Origin: a virus
Reading direction: 5' to 3' (one strand)
Virus record (IMG/VR): IMGVR_UViG_3300009597_000014
Coordinates: 10,835 to 74,834 of that record
Length of the DNA: 64,000 nt
The position numbers and the translations under genes are program-made. Below are positions 18,996 to 28,758 of the stretch, piece by piece (within the stretch, counting starts at the first letter, position 1; the number at the start of each line of letters is the position of its first letter). Under the pieces are notes generated by a model. The model did not search any database. It saw only the letters and a list, made by a program, of their open reading frames with translations, and was not told the origin of the DNA.

Positions 18996-19953
18996 AATAA
19001 TTGTCCTTTTGTTTACATATTGGAAATGCCGGGCAGTAATCACAGGCTTTTACCTCTCCCGGAACCGCCAAAACAATTCCTTTTCCACCCTTGCTGGCTT
19101 GGTAGGCATGTGCTTCGGCCTTATCGTCGAAATTCTTGGTGGCCCTGACTGTCTTCTGGGGATCGGCATAATATTTATACGTGGTCTCGCTTCGCCAGAG
19201 TTCTTTATCAGTGCAATAGGGAATCTCCTCATCGGGGGATTTCTTATATCTGTCGAGCTGTGCCAGCTTGAAGCTGATGAACTCTTCGACCTCATTAATC
19301 GACGGCAGCTTGACTGGATATTCTAATGCCCTGGTCTGCGGATAGCCGGGGTCTCTCTTCGCCTGGCTCCGTTGCCAGTCGGTAAAAATGAACTGGATAT
19401 AGATGTGATTATCAGTGATCAATTCAGGATTGAGCCAGCGATAAATGCCGCCCTGCATGGCATAATCGGCATCTTTCCTACCTAGCAGGTAGCTGTAAAC
19501 CGAAGTGGTTTTAACATCGAATAGACGACCGTCCATTACCATGTCGAACTTGCCACCAATTTTATAGCCTTTGAATTCTTTAATAGCTCGTCTTTCTATC
19601 CAGACAGGAATAAGATTATTATTTTCAATCATGGTTCCTGGATCAGGATTAACAATAATATTATTAGCTATTGATGCCGGATAGCCTAGCTTCTTCATGG
19701 ATGCCCTGCCTGATACCTTCCATGCTTTTTCGATAGAATCATGGATAGCATTGCCAAAGCGAGCTGCAATAAAAAAGGAGACATCCATCTCCTTGTCGCT
19801 GTCGAGCACACGCTGGCTCAAGACCAGTTGTCTTGTGCTTTTCAGGAGATTAGTGGCTGAGATATAATTGGGCTCATTAATGAAATCATAGTCATCATGC
19901 AGGAGCCACACTGCCAAAGGCAAACTGATGCTATGTTCGTTCGTCAATCGCAT
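18985..19953 (-). CDS. PD-(D/E)XK / Cas4-like exonuclease (N4 gp42-like)
   Basis: GKFD..MDG...DVKTTS, Q..IY, terminal CDYCPAFPIC; start reassigned to MRLTNEH. Confidence 0.85.
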   Translation of the reverse strand: MRLTNEHSISLPLAVWLLHDDYDFINEPNYISATNLLKSTRQLVLSQRVLDSDKEMDVSFFIAARFGNAIHDSIEKAWKVSGRASMKKLGYPASIANNIIVNPDPGTMIENNNLIPVWIERRAIKEFKGYKIGGKFDMVMDGRLFDVKTTSVYSYLLGRKDADYAMQGGIYRWLNPELITDNHIYIQFIFTDWQRSQAKRDPGYPQTRALEYPVKLPSINEVEEFISFKLAQLDRYKKSPDEEIPYCTDKELWRSETTYKYYADPQKTVRATKNFDDKAEAHAYQASKGGKGIVLAVPGEVKACDYCPAFPICKQKDNYYVA

Positions 19954-20089
19954 GATAGACCTCAGCGTGGTGCGAACTAGGGAAATCACCCTAGCTTGAT
20001 TCTTCTGGTTTGGGAAGATATTTTTATAATATTTTTTAGGGTATATATGGTAGCCAAAGAACAATTAACCCACTAAATGTAGTAGGTAG

Positions 20090-22660
20090 CTAATCCTTTG
20101 ATTTCATTACGTATTCTGTGAATGTAGATGCTATCTCACGCGCAGTGGCATAATTGGGTAGTTTCAGTTCCTGGCTCCAATTCGGATAGTAGATTGCGAA
20201 GACTCCACCGAGTTTCACTTCATCGTGTTGAATATCAGGATGATTTTGCCATTCGCATGCTTTGACAATAAAATTATTAGCATACGTAATGGCTTGTATG
20301 TCATCCTTCACGAGGAAGTACTGTGCATCATGGATTTGGGCACATGGCTTGATCGCATGGCGATGCTCGCTCGCCTTGACCCCTGCCATGAATTCGGAAC
20401 CGGCCCGTGAGTTGAGCAGGCACCAGGATTGACCCAGTGCATTGCCGGCTGTCCGACCTTCTGCATCGGCTTCATAGGGGGTTTTGGAGGTCCCTCTAAC
20501 GACCTGATGCAGAAGGGGAGTCCTCAGTCTTAGACCGAAGGCGACGGTAACATAGCCGTCTAAGCAAGCCTGGTCCAGCTTTGCCTTCACCCAATCGTCG
20601 CTGACCTTGTAGAGCTCGTGGTAGCGTTGTTCAATCTGCCTGGCTTTCTCTTCTGGGAAGCCGCAGTTGACCATCAGGGTTCGCCAGGTGCCCTGATATG
20701 TGAGGGCAAAGGTTGGCGCCTTGGAGTCCTGACGGAGCTTGGGATATTTCACCTGGGTCGAATTGACTGAGGCTGGATTATCTGGATTAATGTCTGGCAT
20801 CTGATCCCCAAAATACGCCTGAGCTCTCAACGAATGGCCATCGTAACCATCGAGGTAGACTTTGAGTTTGTTGGGGTCCTTGGTCGTAAGGGCGGAGATC
20901 CTGTCCTCGAGGGAATTGAAATCAATCCCACAGAAAAACCAACCTGCAGGTGCTTTGAAACAGCTCTTGATGAGCTTGGCATATCTGGTTCCGGTGGCTG
21001 GGAGATTTTGTAGGTTCGGATCGCTGGAACTCAACCTCCCACTGACAGTACCTCCGAGATTAAAATTACCGAATAAATAATGCCAATTATCTGGTCCTTG
21101 AACTGCTGTTTCTAATGCAGGAATAGTACTGGTTAAGATTTTATTAACTGCACGATATTTAATTAATGCCTCAAGAAAATCTTTAATATCTTGTTTATCT
21201 GTGTGATGAACCAATGAGGAAAGTGTATCACCATCCACTGAAGGTAGCTTGGTTTCGGTTCTGGCGATGACGGGAAGTCCCAGGTTTGTATATAGGAGCC
21301 TGATGAGTTGTGGACCTGAATTCGCATTAAATTCCTCGTTGGCGTCGGCAAAGGTAACGACTTTCTTCTTAAGATTTTGGTTCTTCTCATCTACCCACTC
21401 CTCATTAAGTTGGTAAACAAATTCCCTGACTAACATACTGTTTTCCATGGTCGTTACGGCATCATCATTGTCCTTCTGCAGAATTTCCTTGACGACCTGA
21501 ACCCTATCCATGTCGACCGGCATACCAGTCAGTTGCATTTGTATGATATCTACCATTGCTGGTTTAAAAATATATTCATAAATATCCAACTGTTTATCAT
21601 TAATAAGCGTCTGCCAATGCTTCTCATAGACGAACCAAGTGGCCAGACAATCAACAAGATTATACTGGAGTAGCTGAGGTAGAGGAATGGAGCGGATATT
21701 TTTAATAGACTCAACGGCATAATTCCCAGCATATTCCTGGGCTTGCTCCTTAAGACCAAGTCTATTTCCAGAGCATGAATTGGTAGCCAGATAACTAATT
21801 AGCCTGGTGCAATCCCAGTTTCTGAGCATGACGTTCAAGCCATGCAAGAGACCCTCATTATCGAGAATATCTTTCATGAATAGCTGGTAGATTAGGACTG
21901 TCACGTCATAATCGATTTTATGGAAGATAATCTTATTTTTGAAATCCAGGAAAAAGTCTCGCAGGAGTTCTCTGACTTGCATTGCTTCTTCTGGTTCCAG
22001 AAGATCCACTGGAAATGCTATGCCTTCAGTTGTTGACCAGGCAAAAGCTATTGTACCGATACCAGCTGAATAATGCTTGAGTGAAAATCCTTCAATATCC
22101 ACAGTTAATGGATAGTTCGAAGCTATCATGGTATCCAGCCAATGAGCTATCTCATGGACTGTCTGGGGATAATCAGCATGTTTGATAATTTCCACACCTG
22201 GATCCTTATAAGTTCCATTGATCCAGGCTTTGAGAGCATGGATCCCTGTGGCGATACGATTGGTGACTTTGACTGGATCATAAAAAATGGTCCTGAAATT
22301 GGGTACATAGACCACTTTCCATGGACCATATTCACTGTTCATTATATAACCGAGGACTTTATCAACCTTAATAGTTTTGGTTAATGTTTTAAAATATTCT
22401 CCATCCCCAACTATTAAATATTGGATCTGAAGATCCTCTAATAGAGGAACCAGTTCCTCAGTAATGTACGCCTTTTGTTCCTTGACTGGCGTTTTTTTCT
22501 TACCCACCGCTTGATGGAGATCGATAACGATAATGTCCTCTTCGTTAAGACCATAGGGTCTAATGTAGGCCCTGCGTATCTCGTCCTTTCGGATATTATT
22601 GACCAGGATGCATATTTTATATGTGCGATTTTCTTCCGTACCGAAAGTTAAATATCGCAT
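20090..22660 (-). CDS. Family A DNA polymerase (N4 gp39-like)
   Basis: Exo DIE motif; TVSGRLSSSDPNLQN; DFNSLEDR (A); RQDSKAPTFALTYQG (B); QIHD (C). Confidence 0.95.
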   Translation of the reverse strand: MRYLTFGTEENRTYKICILVNNIRKDEIRRAYIRPYGLNEEDIIVIDLHQAVGKKKTPVKEQKAYITEELVPLLEDLQIQYLIVGDGEYFKTLTKTIKVDKVLGYIMNSEYGPWKVVYVPNFRTIFYDPVKVTNRIATGIHALKAWINGTYKDPGVEIIKHADYPQTVHEIAHWLDTMIASNYPLTVDIEGFSLKHYSAGIGTIAFAWSTTEGIAFPVDLLEPEEAMQVRELLRDFFLDFKNKIIFHKIDYDVTVLIYQLFMKDILDNEGLLHGLNVMLRNWDCTRLISYLATNSCSGNRLGLKEQAQEYAGNYAVESIKNIRSIPLPQLLQYNLVDCLATWFVYEKHWQTLINDKQLDIYEYIFKPAMVDIIQMQLTGMPVDMDRVQVVKEILQKDNDDAVTTMENSMLVREFVYQLNEEWVDEKNQNLKKKVVTFADANEEFNANSGPQLIRLLYTNLGLPVIARTETKLPSVDGDTLSSLVHHTDKQDIKDFLEALIKYRAVNKILTSTIPALETAVQGPDNWHYLFGNFNLGGTVSGRLSSSDPNLQNLPATGTRYAKLIKSCFKAPAGWFFCGIDFNSLEDRISALTTKDPNKLKVYLDGYDGHSLRAQAYFGDQMPDINPDNPASVNSTQVKYPKLRQDSKAPTFALTYQGTWRTLMVNCGFPEEKARQIEQRYHELYKVSDDWVKAKLDQACLDGYVTVAFGLRLRTPLLHQVVRGTSKTPYEADAEGRTAGNALGQSWCLLNSRAGSEFMAGVKASEHRHAIKPCAQIHDAQYFLVKDDIQAITYANNFIVKACEWQNHPDIQHDEVKLGGVFAIYYPNWSQELKLPNYATAREIASTFTEYVMKSKD

Positions 22661-22675
22661 CGATTATCCCACAGG

Positions 22676-23179
22676 TTAATAGAGCAAACGAGCAGCTATA
22701 TAAAACTCGATTTTTTCACGTAGTTTTACATACTGGACATGAGCTCTTGGATTATCCTTGAGCGTATAGGCTTCCGGTCTGGTTCTCTCCAGGCGATTGG
22801 AACCAGGGATGAAGTCCTTGAGAGCATTAGGAAGCGCATCACGCATATCCTGAAATGATCTACAATCCCGTAGGACAAGCGTCAAAGCCTGTCGTATGCG
22901 TTCCTTATCGGCCTGCATAGTTGCCCTCTCAGACAACACCTGGTCCATCTCGGGAATCATTTCAACAGGTAAGCACGTATAAGTCCCCCTGGCTCGATCG
23001 CCACCCTCCAGAAGCGAGTAGATCACGCCCATGTGACGAAATCCGTCCGGTGTACCACCAGACTGGGTGAACTTCTCGATGAGGGATTTTTCCCGCTTGA
23101 GGAGGAAGACTTCCTCTCGTTCAAATAGAACTTTTAGTAGGATATTAACATTATTGAATACCAGGTTTTTCTCAACCAT
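22676..23179 (-). CDS. Conserved N4-like protein between helicase and polymerase (gp38-like)
   Basis: Synteny; QDMRDALP motif and C-terminal IEFY.AARLL. Confidence 0.7.
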   Translation of the reverse strand: MVEKNLVFNNVNILLKVLFEREEVFLLKREKSLIEKFTQSGGTPDGFRHMGVIYSLLEGGDRARGTYTCLPVEMIPEMDQVLSERATMQADKERIRQALTLVLRDCRSFQDMRDALPNALKDFIPGSNRLERTRPEAYTLKDNPRAHVQYVKLREKIEFYIAARLLY

Positions 23180-23193
23180 GGATCACCCTTTGC

Positions 23194-24516
23194 TCAGGGG
23201 AGGATTAATCCTCCGTATTTGCTGGCGAGGTTACCGTACAGGAACACCCTGCTACGTGCCCGAGAAAACGCCACATAGAGCATCCGGGCTACCTGGTTCT
23301 GAATGTTGCAGGTGCTGATGTTTGAGAGATCCACAAAGACCGTGTCATAGGTGGATCCCTGAGCCTTGTGGACTGTCGCAGCATCTCTGGGTCGTAGATC
23401 GGCTATATTATTTTTGAGATTGAAATATGCCTGCCAGTTTTTATCCTTGGCATAATATTTCAATAGCTGATCCAAGTGATTACGATCAGTGGCAAATGGC
23501 ACATTGGGAACCAGTTCCCCAAGTGAGGTTCTCAGATCCAGGCGATTGATATCGAGATGAATCTGGTGCTTCTCATCGACCAGCATCTGGCTTGGTCCTT
23601 TGTTACGCAGGACCTCAACCTCTGCCTCGACTGACAGCATGCCACTGGCATGATGGTAGGCAGTGTTGCTGATCAGCAGCTCACCTTTCTGGAATTCAGT
23701 TGGGAGAGTCCGCATGGCTCGAATGTGGTCATTGTACTGGATCACCCTTCTGTTGGTGTAGGCGAGGATTCGTGCATCCAGGGTCTGATTGTGGAAATGA
23801 TTGGCCATCTCGGTTTTCATGCCTGGATCATCCAGGAGATCGATGACTCCAGGAACGACCTTGATGGGCTTGAAATCACCAGTTGCCACAGTCTCCCGTA
23901 GCTGTTCGCATACTTCCATCAGGGCTGGCTGACCGGCATTTCTGACGGGCGTGAGCAGCTCGACCATCGGTGAATTGTGTTTATAGACAGGGCTCATGGA
24001 TTCCATGATCGGAGCCAGTTGATGACGATCCCCGACATAGACAAGCTTGCAATCCATGGTTCCCTCATGGAGCAGCTTCCAGAGCTCAGTATCGATCATC
24101 GAGCTTTCATCGATAAAGATGATTATGTTTCGATGGATCACCCATTTGGGAGTTCGTTTCAGGATGGTTTGACCAGTTGTAAAATCATCCTTGACCGTCA
24201 GATTGAAAAACGAATGCACGGTTGACGTAGGTCGATTAACAGCTGCCGAGAGAACCTCTGCAGCCTTGTTGGTAGTGGCTGTCATAGTGACTGAATTGAA
24301 TTCTGGTTGGATGCCCACGAGTTTGCACATCTCGTGATATCTAGGCATTGTATTATCAATAATATAATTCATTAAATAGGTCTTACCGACACCGGCAGGA
24401 CCACTGATAATAAATTCTTTGTCTTCACTAAATAGAAATTCAAAGAACGCATTAGCTGCGTCTTTCTGTCCCTGGTTTAGATTGTAATTATTACTGATCT
24501 GGGTCACGATATTCAT
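23194..24516 (-). CDS. SF1B (Dda/RecD-like) DNA helicase (N4 gp37-like)
   Basis: GPAGVGKT, IDESSM, GD..QL, TVHKAQGST, YVAFSRAR. Confidence 0.95.
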   Translation of the reverse strand: MNIVTQISNNYNLNQGQKDAANAFFEFLFSEDKEFIISGPAGVGKTYLMNYIIDNTMPRYHEMCKLVGIQPEFNSVTMTATTNKAAEVLSAAVNRPTSTVHSFFNLTVKDDFTTGQTILKRTPKWVIHRNIIIFIDESSMIDTELWKLLHEGTMDCKLVYVGDRHQLAPIMESMSPVYKHNSPMVELLTPVRNAGQPALMEVCEQLRETVATGDFKPIKVVPGVIDLLDDPGMKTEMANHFHNQTLDARILAYTNRRVIQYNDHIRAMRTLPTEFQKGELLISNTAYHHASGMLSVEAEVEVLRNKGPSQMLVDEKHQIHLDINRLDLRTSLGELVPNVPFATDRNHLDQLLKYYAKDKNWQAYFNLKNNIADLRPRDAATVHKAQGSTYDTVFVDLSNISTCNIQNQVARMLYVAFSRARSRVFLYGNLASKYGGLILP

Positions 24517-24543
24517 GAATCCCCTCTATGTTGGAACCAGACA

Positions 24544-24572
24544 AAGAAAAACCCCGGACAAGCCGGGGTTCT
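24544..24572 (-). terminator. Rho-independent terminator after hns-like gene
   Basis: AACCCCGG-acaag-CCGGGGTT with T-run on the - strand. Confidence 0.7.
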
Positions 24573-24601
24573 CACTAACCGATCCGGTGGTCGGTAAGCT
24601 A

Positions 24602-25192
24602 TCAGATTTCGAATGGAGTGCGGTCAGCTGCACCCTTGATCCAGGAAGGCTCCTTGCCCCTGCCAGACCAGGTAACACCCGATGCGGGATCCCGGTACTT
24701 GGCTTTGGCCTTCGAACCCTTACGCCTGTTTTTGGTTCCACCGAGAGCCTCGACGAGCTCTTCGACCGGAATGTTGTACTCGGTCACGACGCTGACGATC
24801 TGATCGATGACAGCCTGCTTTTCAGCCGACTGCTTTTCCTTGATACGCCGATCGATTTCCTCCTGCTGCTTGCGCAGCTGGTCGATCGTCATTTCGGCTG
24901 CCAGATCGGAAAAGCTCTTGGGAACTCCCAGCTTCGCCGGTTTTGCCTGCTTGTTAACTACCTGATCCATTTCTTCATTCTCCATTGATTCACTCGATGA
25001 ATCGCCCTCAGAAATAGGATCAGTGGCTTCTGTTTCCAAGTCGTCGGGATTATTTTCTTCTTCTTCTGGTTCAACCTTCTTAGGCTGTCCCTTCTTTAGG
25101 AACTGTGGGATGTCGTTGTCTGAATTTTCGCTGTCGAATGCCAGCCGTTTGGTGGCAGCCTTTTTCTCATCAGCCGTTTCGGGCTCAGCCAT
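24602..25192 (-). CDS. hns: H-NS family nucleoid-associated protein with long acidic N-terminal extension
   Basis: C-terminal KAKYRDPASGVTWSGRGKEPSWI is the H-NS DNA-binding signature (TWxGxGR/KxP), preceded by a coiled-coil oligomerisation segment; RBS GAGGAG. Confidence 0.9.
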   Translation of the reverse strand: MAEPETADEKKAATKRLAFDSENSDNDIPQFLKKGQPKKVEPEEEENNPDDLETEATDPISEGDSSSESMENEEMDQVVNKQAKPAKLGVPKSFSDLAAEMTIDQLRKQQEEIDRRIKEKQSAEKQAVIDQIVSVVTEYNIPVEELVEALGGTKNRRKGSKAKAKYRDPASGVTWSGRGKEPSWIKGAADRTPFEI

Positions 25193-25246
25193 AATAAACT
25201 CCTCGTCTGATTCGTCGTTATCGACGAACTCTAACTTCGTATTTTT

Positions 25247-25576
25247 TTAGGATTTTGTCAAATCAAAAATGGATGGTTTTGGTGGCCTATCCATAAATTC
25301 CCGGATCAATAGTGACCGCACGTATTCCTTGACTGAATAACCAGGACTGAGTTGATCCATCAACCAGGCTCTTTGCATCGGAGAAAGACTTTCATAAATA
25401 TCCTCCATGAAAGCCCGTCTGGTATCCACAGGTTGAATGCCTAATTGTTTTAGGCGATAGGTAATAGTGGTATGATGAAGCTTTAGTCTTTCAGCTATTC
25501 CACATAATGATATACCAACATTATTAAGATTTACTATGTCGTTATCATTAGCTTTTTTCTGATAGGTAGAAGCCAT
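25247..25576 (-). CDS. HTH protein conserved in N4-like phages (gp32-like)
   Basis: LN.VGISL..IAERL..H.TTIT.RLK.LGI.P.DTRR.FMEDI pattern. Confidence 0.75.
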   Translation of the reverse strand: MASTYQKKANDNDIVNLNNVGISLCGIAERLKLHHTTITYRLKQLGIQPVDTRRAFMEDIYESLSPMQRAWLMDQLSPGYSVKEYVRSLLIREFMDRPPKPSIFDLTKS

Positions 25577-25618
25577 CGTGGGAGACCTCGGTTTCCAGGA
25601 TCCTAATGATTAGATCAC

Positions 25619-25660
25619 CAAAAGAAAATCCCCCACCTGTGGCCAAACAGGCAGGGGATT
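25619..25660 (-). terminator. Rho-independent terminator
   Basis: - strand AATCCCCTGCCTGT-ttggcc-ACAGGTGGGGGATT-TTCTTTT. Confidence 0.65.
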
Positions 25661-25840
25661 GATGGTCTGTCCAGATGTTCGTGTGCCGTGATCTATTCGA
25701 TCTACGCCGCAAACCGTTCAGAATCAATGTCCTATCCTGGTTCGCTCTGACTCGTCATCCGAATCATGCAAACTACATCAACACTTTTCAGGAAAAATCA
25801 AGCCCCTATACGAACATTTTTTTGAAACTCATTCGTCGGC

Positions 25841-26140
25841 TTAATCGTATCCCTCGCCGTCCTCGTCCTTGAATCTGGTGGGTTTCAGGAGCAGGCTCTT
25901 AGGTAATGGTTTTCGTTGCGGTACTGGTCTGCTCGAGTCTCCGACCTTCAGGATGACGATCTTGAAGACACCCTGATCGGTATGGATCACTGGATTATGC
26001 GGATCGCTGACATCGACGAATTTGATGTAAGCTTTCTCTTCTCCATAGGGATCTTCCCTGCTGGCTGGATCACTTTCGATCTCCCTGTCCTCGAGAAAGT
26101 CTCTAATGGCAATGCCAATGCGAGCAGTGGATAGAGTCAT
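25841..26140 (-). CDS. Hypothetical protein
   Basis: ATGA-coupled ORF with RBS. Confidence 0.6.
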   Translation of the reverse strand: MTLSTARIGIAIRDFLEDREIESDPASREDPYGEEKAYIKFVDVSDPHNPVIHTDQGVFKIVILKVGDSSRPVPQRKPLPKSLLLKPTRFKDEDGEGYD

Positions 26141-26370
26141 TCCTTTGGATCCTCCTCATCCTCTGGTTCATCTTCCTCATCGTCATCATCGTCATGGATC
26201 TCTTTGGCACCGATCACTTCAAATTCCTTGACCTCGTCGCCATCGGACCAGTCCCAGTCGTCATTTTCATCAGCTTCAGCTATAGCTTCATCAGCATTAT
26301 TGGCTTCAATTTCTCTCTCACCAATTTCTTCGACAAACTGTTTAGCAGTTACCAGAAATCTGGGCATCAA
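26137..26370 (-). CDS. Small acidic protein, paralogue of adjacent ORF
   Basis: MPRFLVT...IEANNADEAI aligns with MPKFKVT...VEADNADAAI. Confidence 0.65.
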   Translation of the reverse strand: MMPRFLVTAKQFVEEIGEREIEANNADEAIAEADENDDWDWSDGDEVKEFEVIGAKEIHDDDDDEEDEPEDEEDPKE

Positions 26371-26557
26371 TTATCTCCTCTGGTTCAATGTTATCCCAAC
26401 TTGCATTATCATAGTAAGTCAGATCTTCTTCATTCCAAAGAAGAATATCATTTTCGATTTTAGCTATAGCAATTGCCGCATCAGCATTATCAGCTTCAAC
26501 AACAGTTGTAAAATGTGCATAGGCATCAACACATTTAGTTACTTTGAACTTAGGCAT
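26342..26557 (-). CDS. Small acidic protein, paralogue of adjacent ORF
   Basis: As above; start reassigned to MPKF with RBS GGGGAAG. Confidence 0.65.
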   Translation of the reverse strand: MPKFKVTKCVDAYAHFTTVVEADNADAAIAIAKIENDILLWNEEDLTYYDNASWDNIEPEEIIDAQISGNC

Positions 26558-26981
26558 CTGATTCTTCCCCTTGGCCACACCCTTTTTCCATGAGCTTACC
26601 CATTAAGCGTTGAGCTTTTGGACCTGGATTATCTAGATCTCTGGTTCCATGGGCTTTTGCTTCTGAACCAGAAGAAAAGACTGGAATATCAGTCTGGTAA
26701 TCCCATACTGCTGGATCAATATTTTCCCTACGAATTTTTGCCATTCTAAAGGCTAGAAGGTTCTCTGGTTTATGTGCTGCTACCCATCCAGCACAGAGAT
26801 GGCCATCTTTCTGATGGCACATAAATATAGCCAAAGCACCTTTCATAACCTGTTCGCCCATTTCACCATCATAGTTTGGCAATTTGTCATATTCGTGCTG
26901 CTGCCAGATCCCGGAAGGCACGTCTTTCCTATATGGACATGACGCACAGGGTCGTGGAGCACAGGTAAGTACCTCGCTCAT
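26550..26981 (-). CDS. DUF6283-like Cys-rich protein
   Basis: PRPCASCPYRKDVPSGIW..HEY.KL..YD, FMCH...CAGW; start at MSEVL (ATGA overlap). Confidence 0.7.
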   Translation of the reverse strand: MSEVLTCAPRPCASCPYRKDVPSGIWQQHEYDKLPNYDGEMGEQVMKGALAIFMCHQKDGHLCAGWVAAHKPENLLAFRMAKIRRENIDPAVWDYQTDIPVFSSGSEAKAHGTRDLDNPGPKAQRLMGKLMEKGCGQGEESDA

Positions 26982-28009
26982 TTGGTGACTCCATATTCCT
27001 TGGTTACTGAACCAAGAGAAATATCTCCCCGGTTGTGATTCTTCTTCCACCAACGCTTGGCCCAGCAGCCTGGTACAGCGCATTCGTAGTGATCCTTGTC
27101 TATTGGCTGCCAGTCATGCTCGCAGTGCTTGCGGACCTTTCTAGTCTGGCACCAGTGACCCTTGACTGAGTGATAGCGATGACGCTGTCCAGTCTGCAGA
27201 TGCTGCTTGATCAGCTTCAGGCCTGGTCCCTGAGCCAGGTGCATGGTCACCTTGTGATGAGGTGCCAGAACACGCTGCTTGCCCTTGATGATGCTGTGTC
27301 TTCTCTCCTGGTTCGACAGGGAGATCACTCCTGAGCCAGGACGAGTGAGCAAGAGCAGCAAGGCTATCCCTTGCTTGAGAGAGCCAGCTCCAGATTCCAG
27401 CATGAGTTGTTTTTCGTAGGGGCTCCAATCCTCTTTATAAGCAAATTCAAGTGTATGGCTTCTGCAGAAATTGGTAGCTTCAGGTGTTTTGAACCAGTCA
27501 GGAGTAAGACCTTGGTCACCTAAAATAGCTTGTCTTAGGCCAAGCCTGGATAGACCTATATCTTGGGCCATAGTAAGTTCTTCTTCAAAGCTGATTGGTC
27601 GATGCAGTTTGAAGAAATAAGGCATCATATCTGGAACAGATGTTTGTGTTTCCGATGAAAAGAACATCGTATTTTCAAAATTAATAAAATAACCAACACG
27701 AGAATCGCTATTCTTATCGGTATCTCTTCCATCGAGACCTTTTAGATAACCAGCGAAATCTATTTCGATCCAGGTATTAGGATATGGAGCTCTAGCAAAC
27801 TCATGTTCCTGAAGAATCAACGAGCATATATCCCGGATCATGGTTCCAAGGAAAAAACTAGCTTCCCAATCCAGGACATATCGCTGAGCTTCTTTAAGGG
27901 GTTTGATTATTTTTTCAGTTACTTCACTAACTCGAGGAACTCGATGTAAACTTTTATTTACATGAATCATTGTATTATCATAGAGGGTAGGCGCATTTTT
28001 ACTATGCAT
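26978..28009 (-). CDS. Hypothetical protein with C-terminal H..KGHW / Cys motif
   Basis: 343-aa ORF with RBS; RYHSVKGHW...CEH...C..PGC. Confidence 0.65.
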   Translation of the reverse strand: MHSKNAPTLYDNTMIHVNKSLHRVPRVSEVTEKIIKPLKEAQRYVLDWEASFFLGTMIRDICSLILQEHEFARAPYPNTWIEIDFAGYLKGLDGRDTDKNSDSRVGYFINFENTMFFSSETQTSVPDMMPYFFKLHRPISFEEELTMAQDIGLSRLGLRQAILGDQGLTPDWFKTPEATNFCRSHTLEFAYKEDWSPYEKQLMLESGAGSLKQGIALLLLLTRPGSGVISLSNQERRHSIIKGKQRVLAPHHKVTMHLAQGPGLKLIKQHLQTGQRHRYHSVKGHWCQTRKVRKHCEHDWQPIDKDHYECAVPGCWAKRWWKKNHNRGDISLGSVTKEYGVTK

Positions 28010-28032
28010 TTTCTACCCTCCTATGTTAATGA

Positions 28033-28227
28033 TTATTTTTTCCTACCATGCTTACTGAAACCTTTGAGGGTCTGAGCAAATCTGGCTCTCTGGCCTATTT
28101 TGCCACCCTTCTTGGCAGCAGCAGCTAATTTTTTAGCTGGAATTTTTTCCCCTTGGGGAACACCTAAATCTCTATGAAGCTGCCCTGGTTTCTTAATTGC
28201 CTTTTTGATATTCAAACGCTTGGCCAT
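28033..28227 (-). CDS. Small highly basic protein
   Basis: IKKAIKKPGQLH.DLGVPQGEKIPAKKL...GQRARFAQTL; RBS AAGGAG. Confidence 0.7.
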   Translation of the reverse strand: MAKRLNIKKAIKKPGQLHRDLGVPQGEKIPAKKLAAAAKKGGKIGQRARFAQTLKGFSKHGRKK

Positions 28228-28267
28228 AGTTTGCTCCTTTTTTAAAGAGATAAACTTTCTAAGCATT

Positions 28268-28528
28268 TTATTTATTTTTAATTTCCATATTAATTACAAC
28301 ACACACGACCTTTGGTAGTTTCCATCCATGCGGTTCACGTTGCAAATCTGGGCGATTGCGGATGTAACCATACCGTTCATTGTTGAAACGTCTAGCTTCT
28401 TCTCTGGTGTAGAATAACCTTGTCCTACAAGGATGGCTGGCATCTCCATCCAGATATTCACGTTTGCCATCTAAATGATTTTCACTTTGCTGCAGGATAC
28501 CCCAGGTTAGAATAGATCGTTTATTCAT
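28268..28528 (-). CDS. Hypothetical protein
   Basis: ATGA-coupled; YIRNRPDLQREPHGWKLP. Confidence 0.6.
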   Translation of the reverse strand: MNKRSILTWGILQQSENHLDGKREYLDGDASHPCRTRLFYTREEARRFNNERYGYIRNRPDLQREPHGWKLPKVVCVVINMEIKNK

Positions 28529-28758
28529 CCCCTTGGTTCCTTTGTCAATGCAGTGTGAATAACAGCACGTAATTCATTAACCGACTTCATCAGCTGTTTC
28601 TGTCGATTTATATCACCACCTTCACGCTCTTCCATGCCTGCACTGAATGCTTTGTTTAAAATAATGGGAACGGTTGCTAGCATATCTAGTAGCTGGTCTC
28701 GTTCCTCCCGTAGTCGCCCATTCGCAAGCAGCGCGTCAGTGTACCGTTGGTTGCTCAT
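28525..28758 (-). CDS. Hypothetical protein (last of coupled array)
   Basis: ATGA overlaps at both ends; RLREERDQL segment. Confidence 0.6.
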   Translation of the reverse strand: MSNQRYTDALLANGRLREERDQLLDMLATVPIILNKAFSAGMEEREGGDINRQKQLMKSVNELRAVIHTALTKEPRG

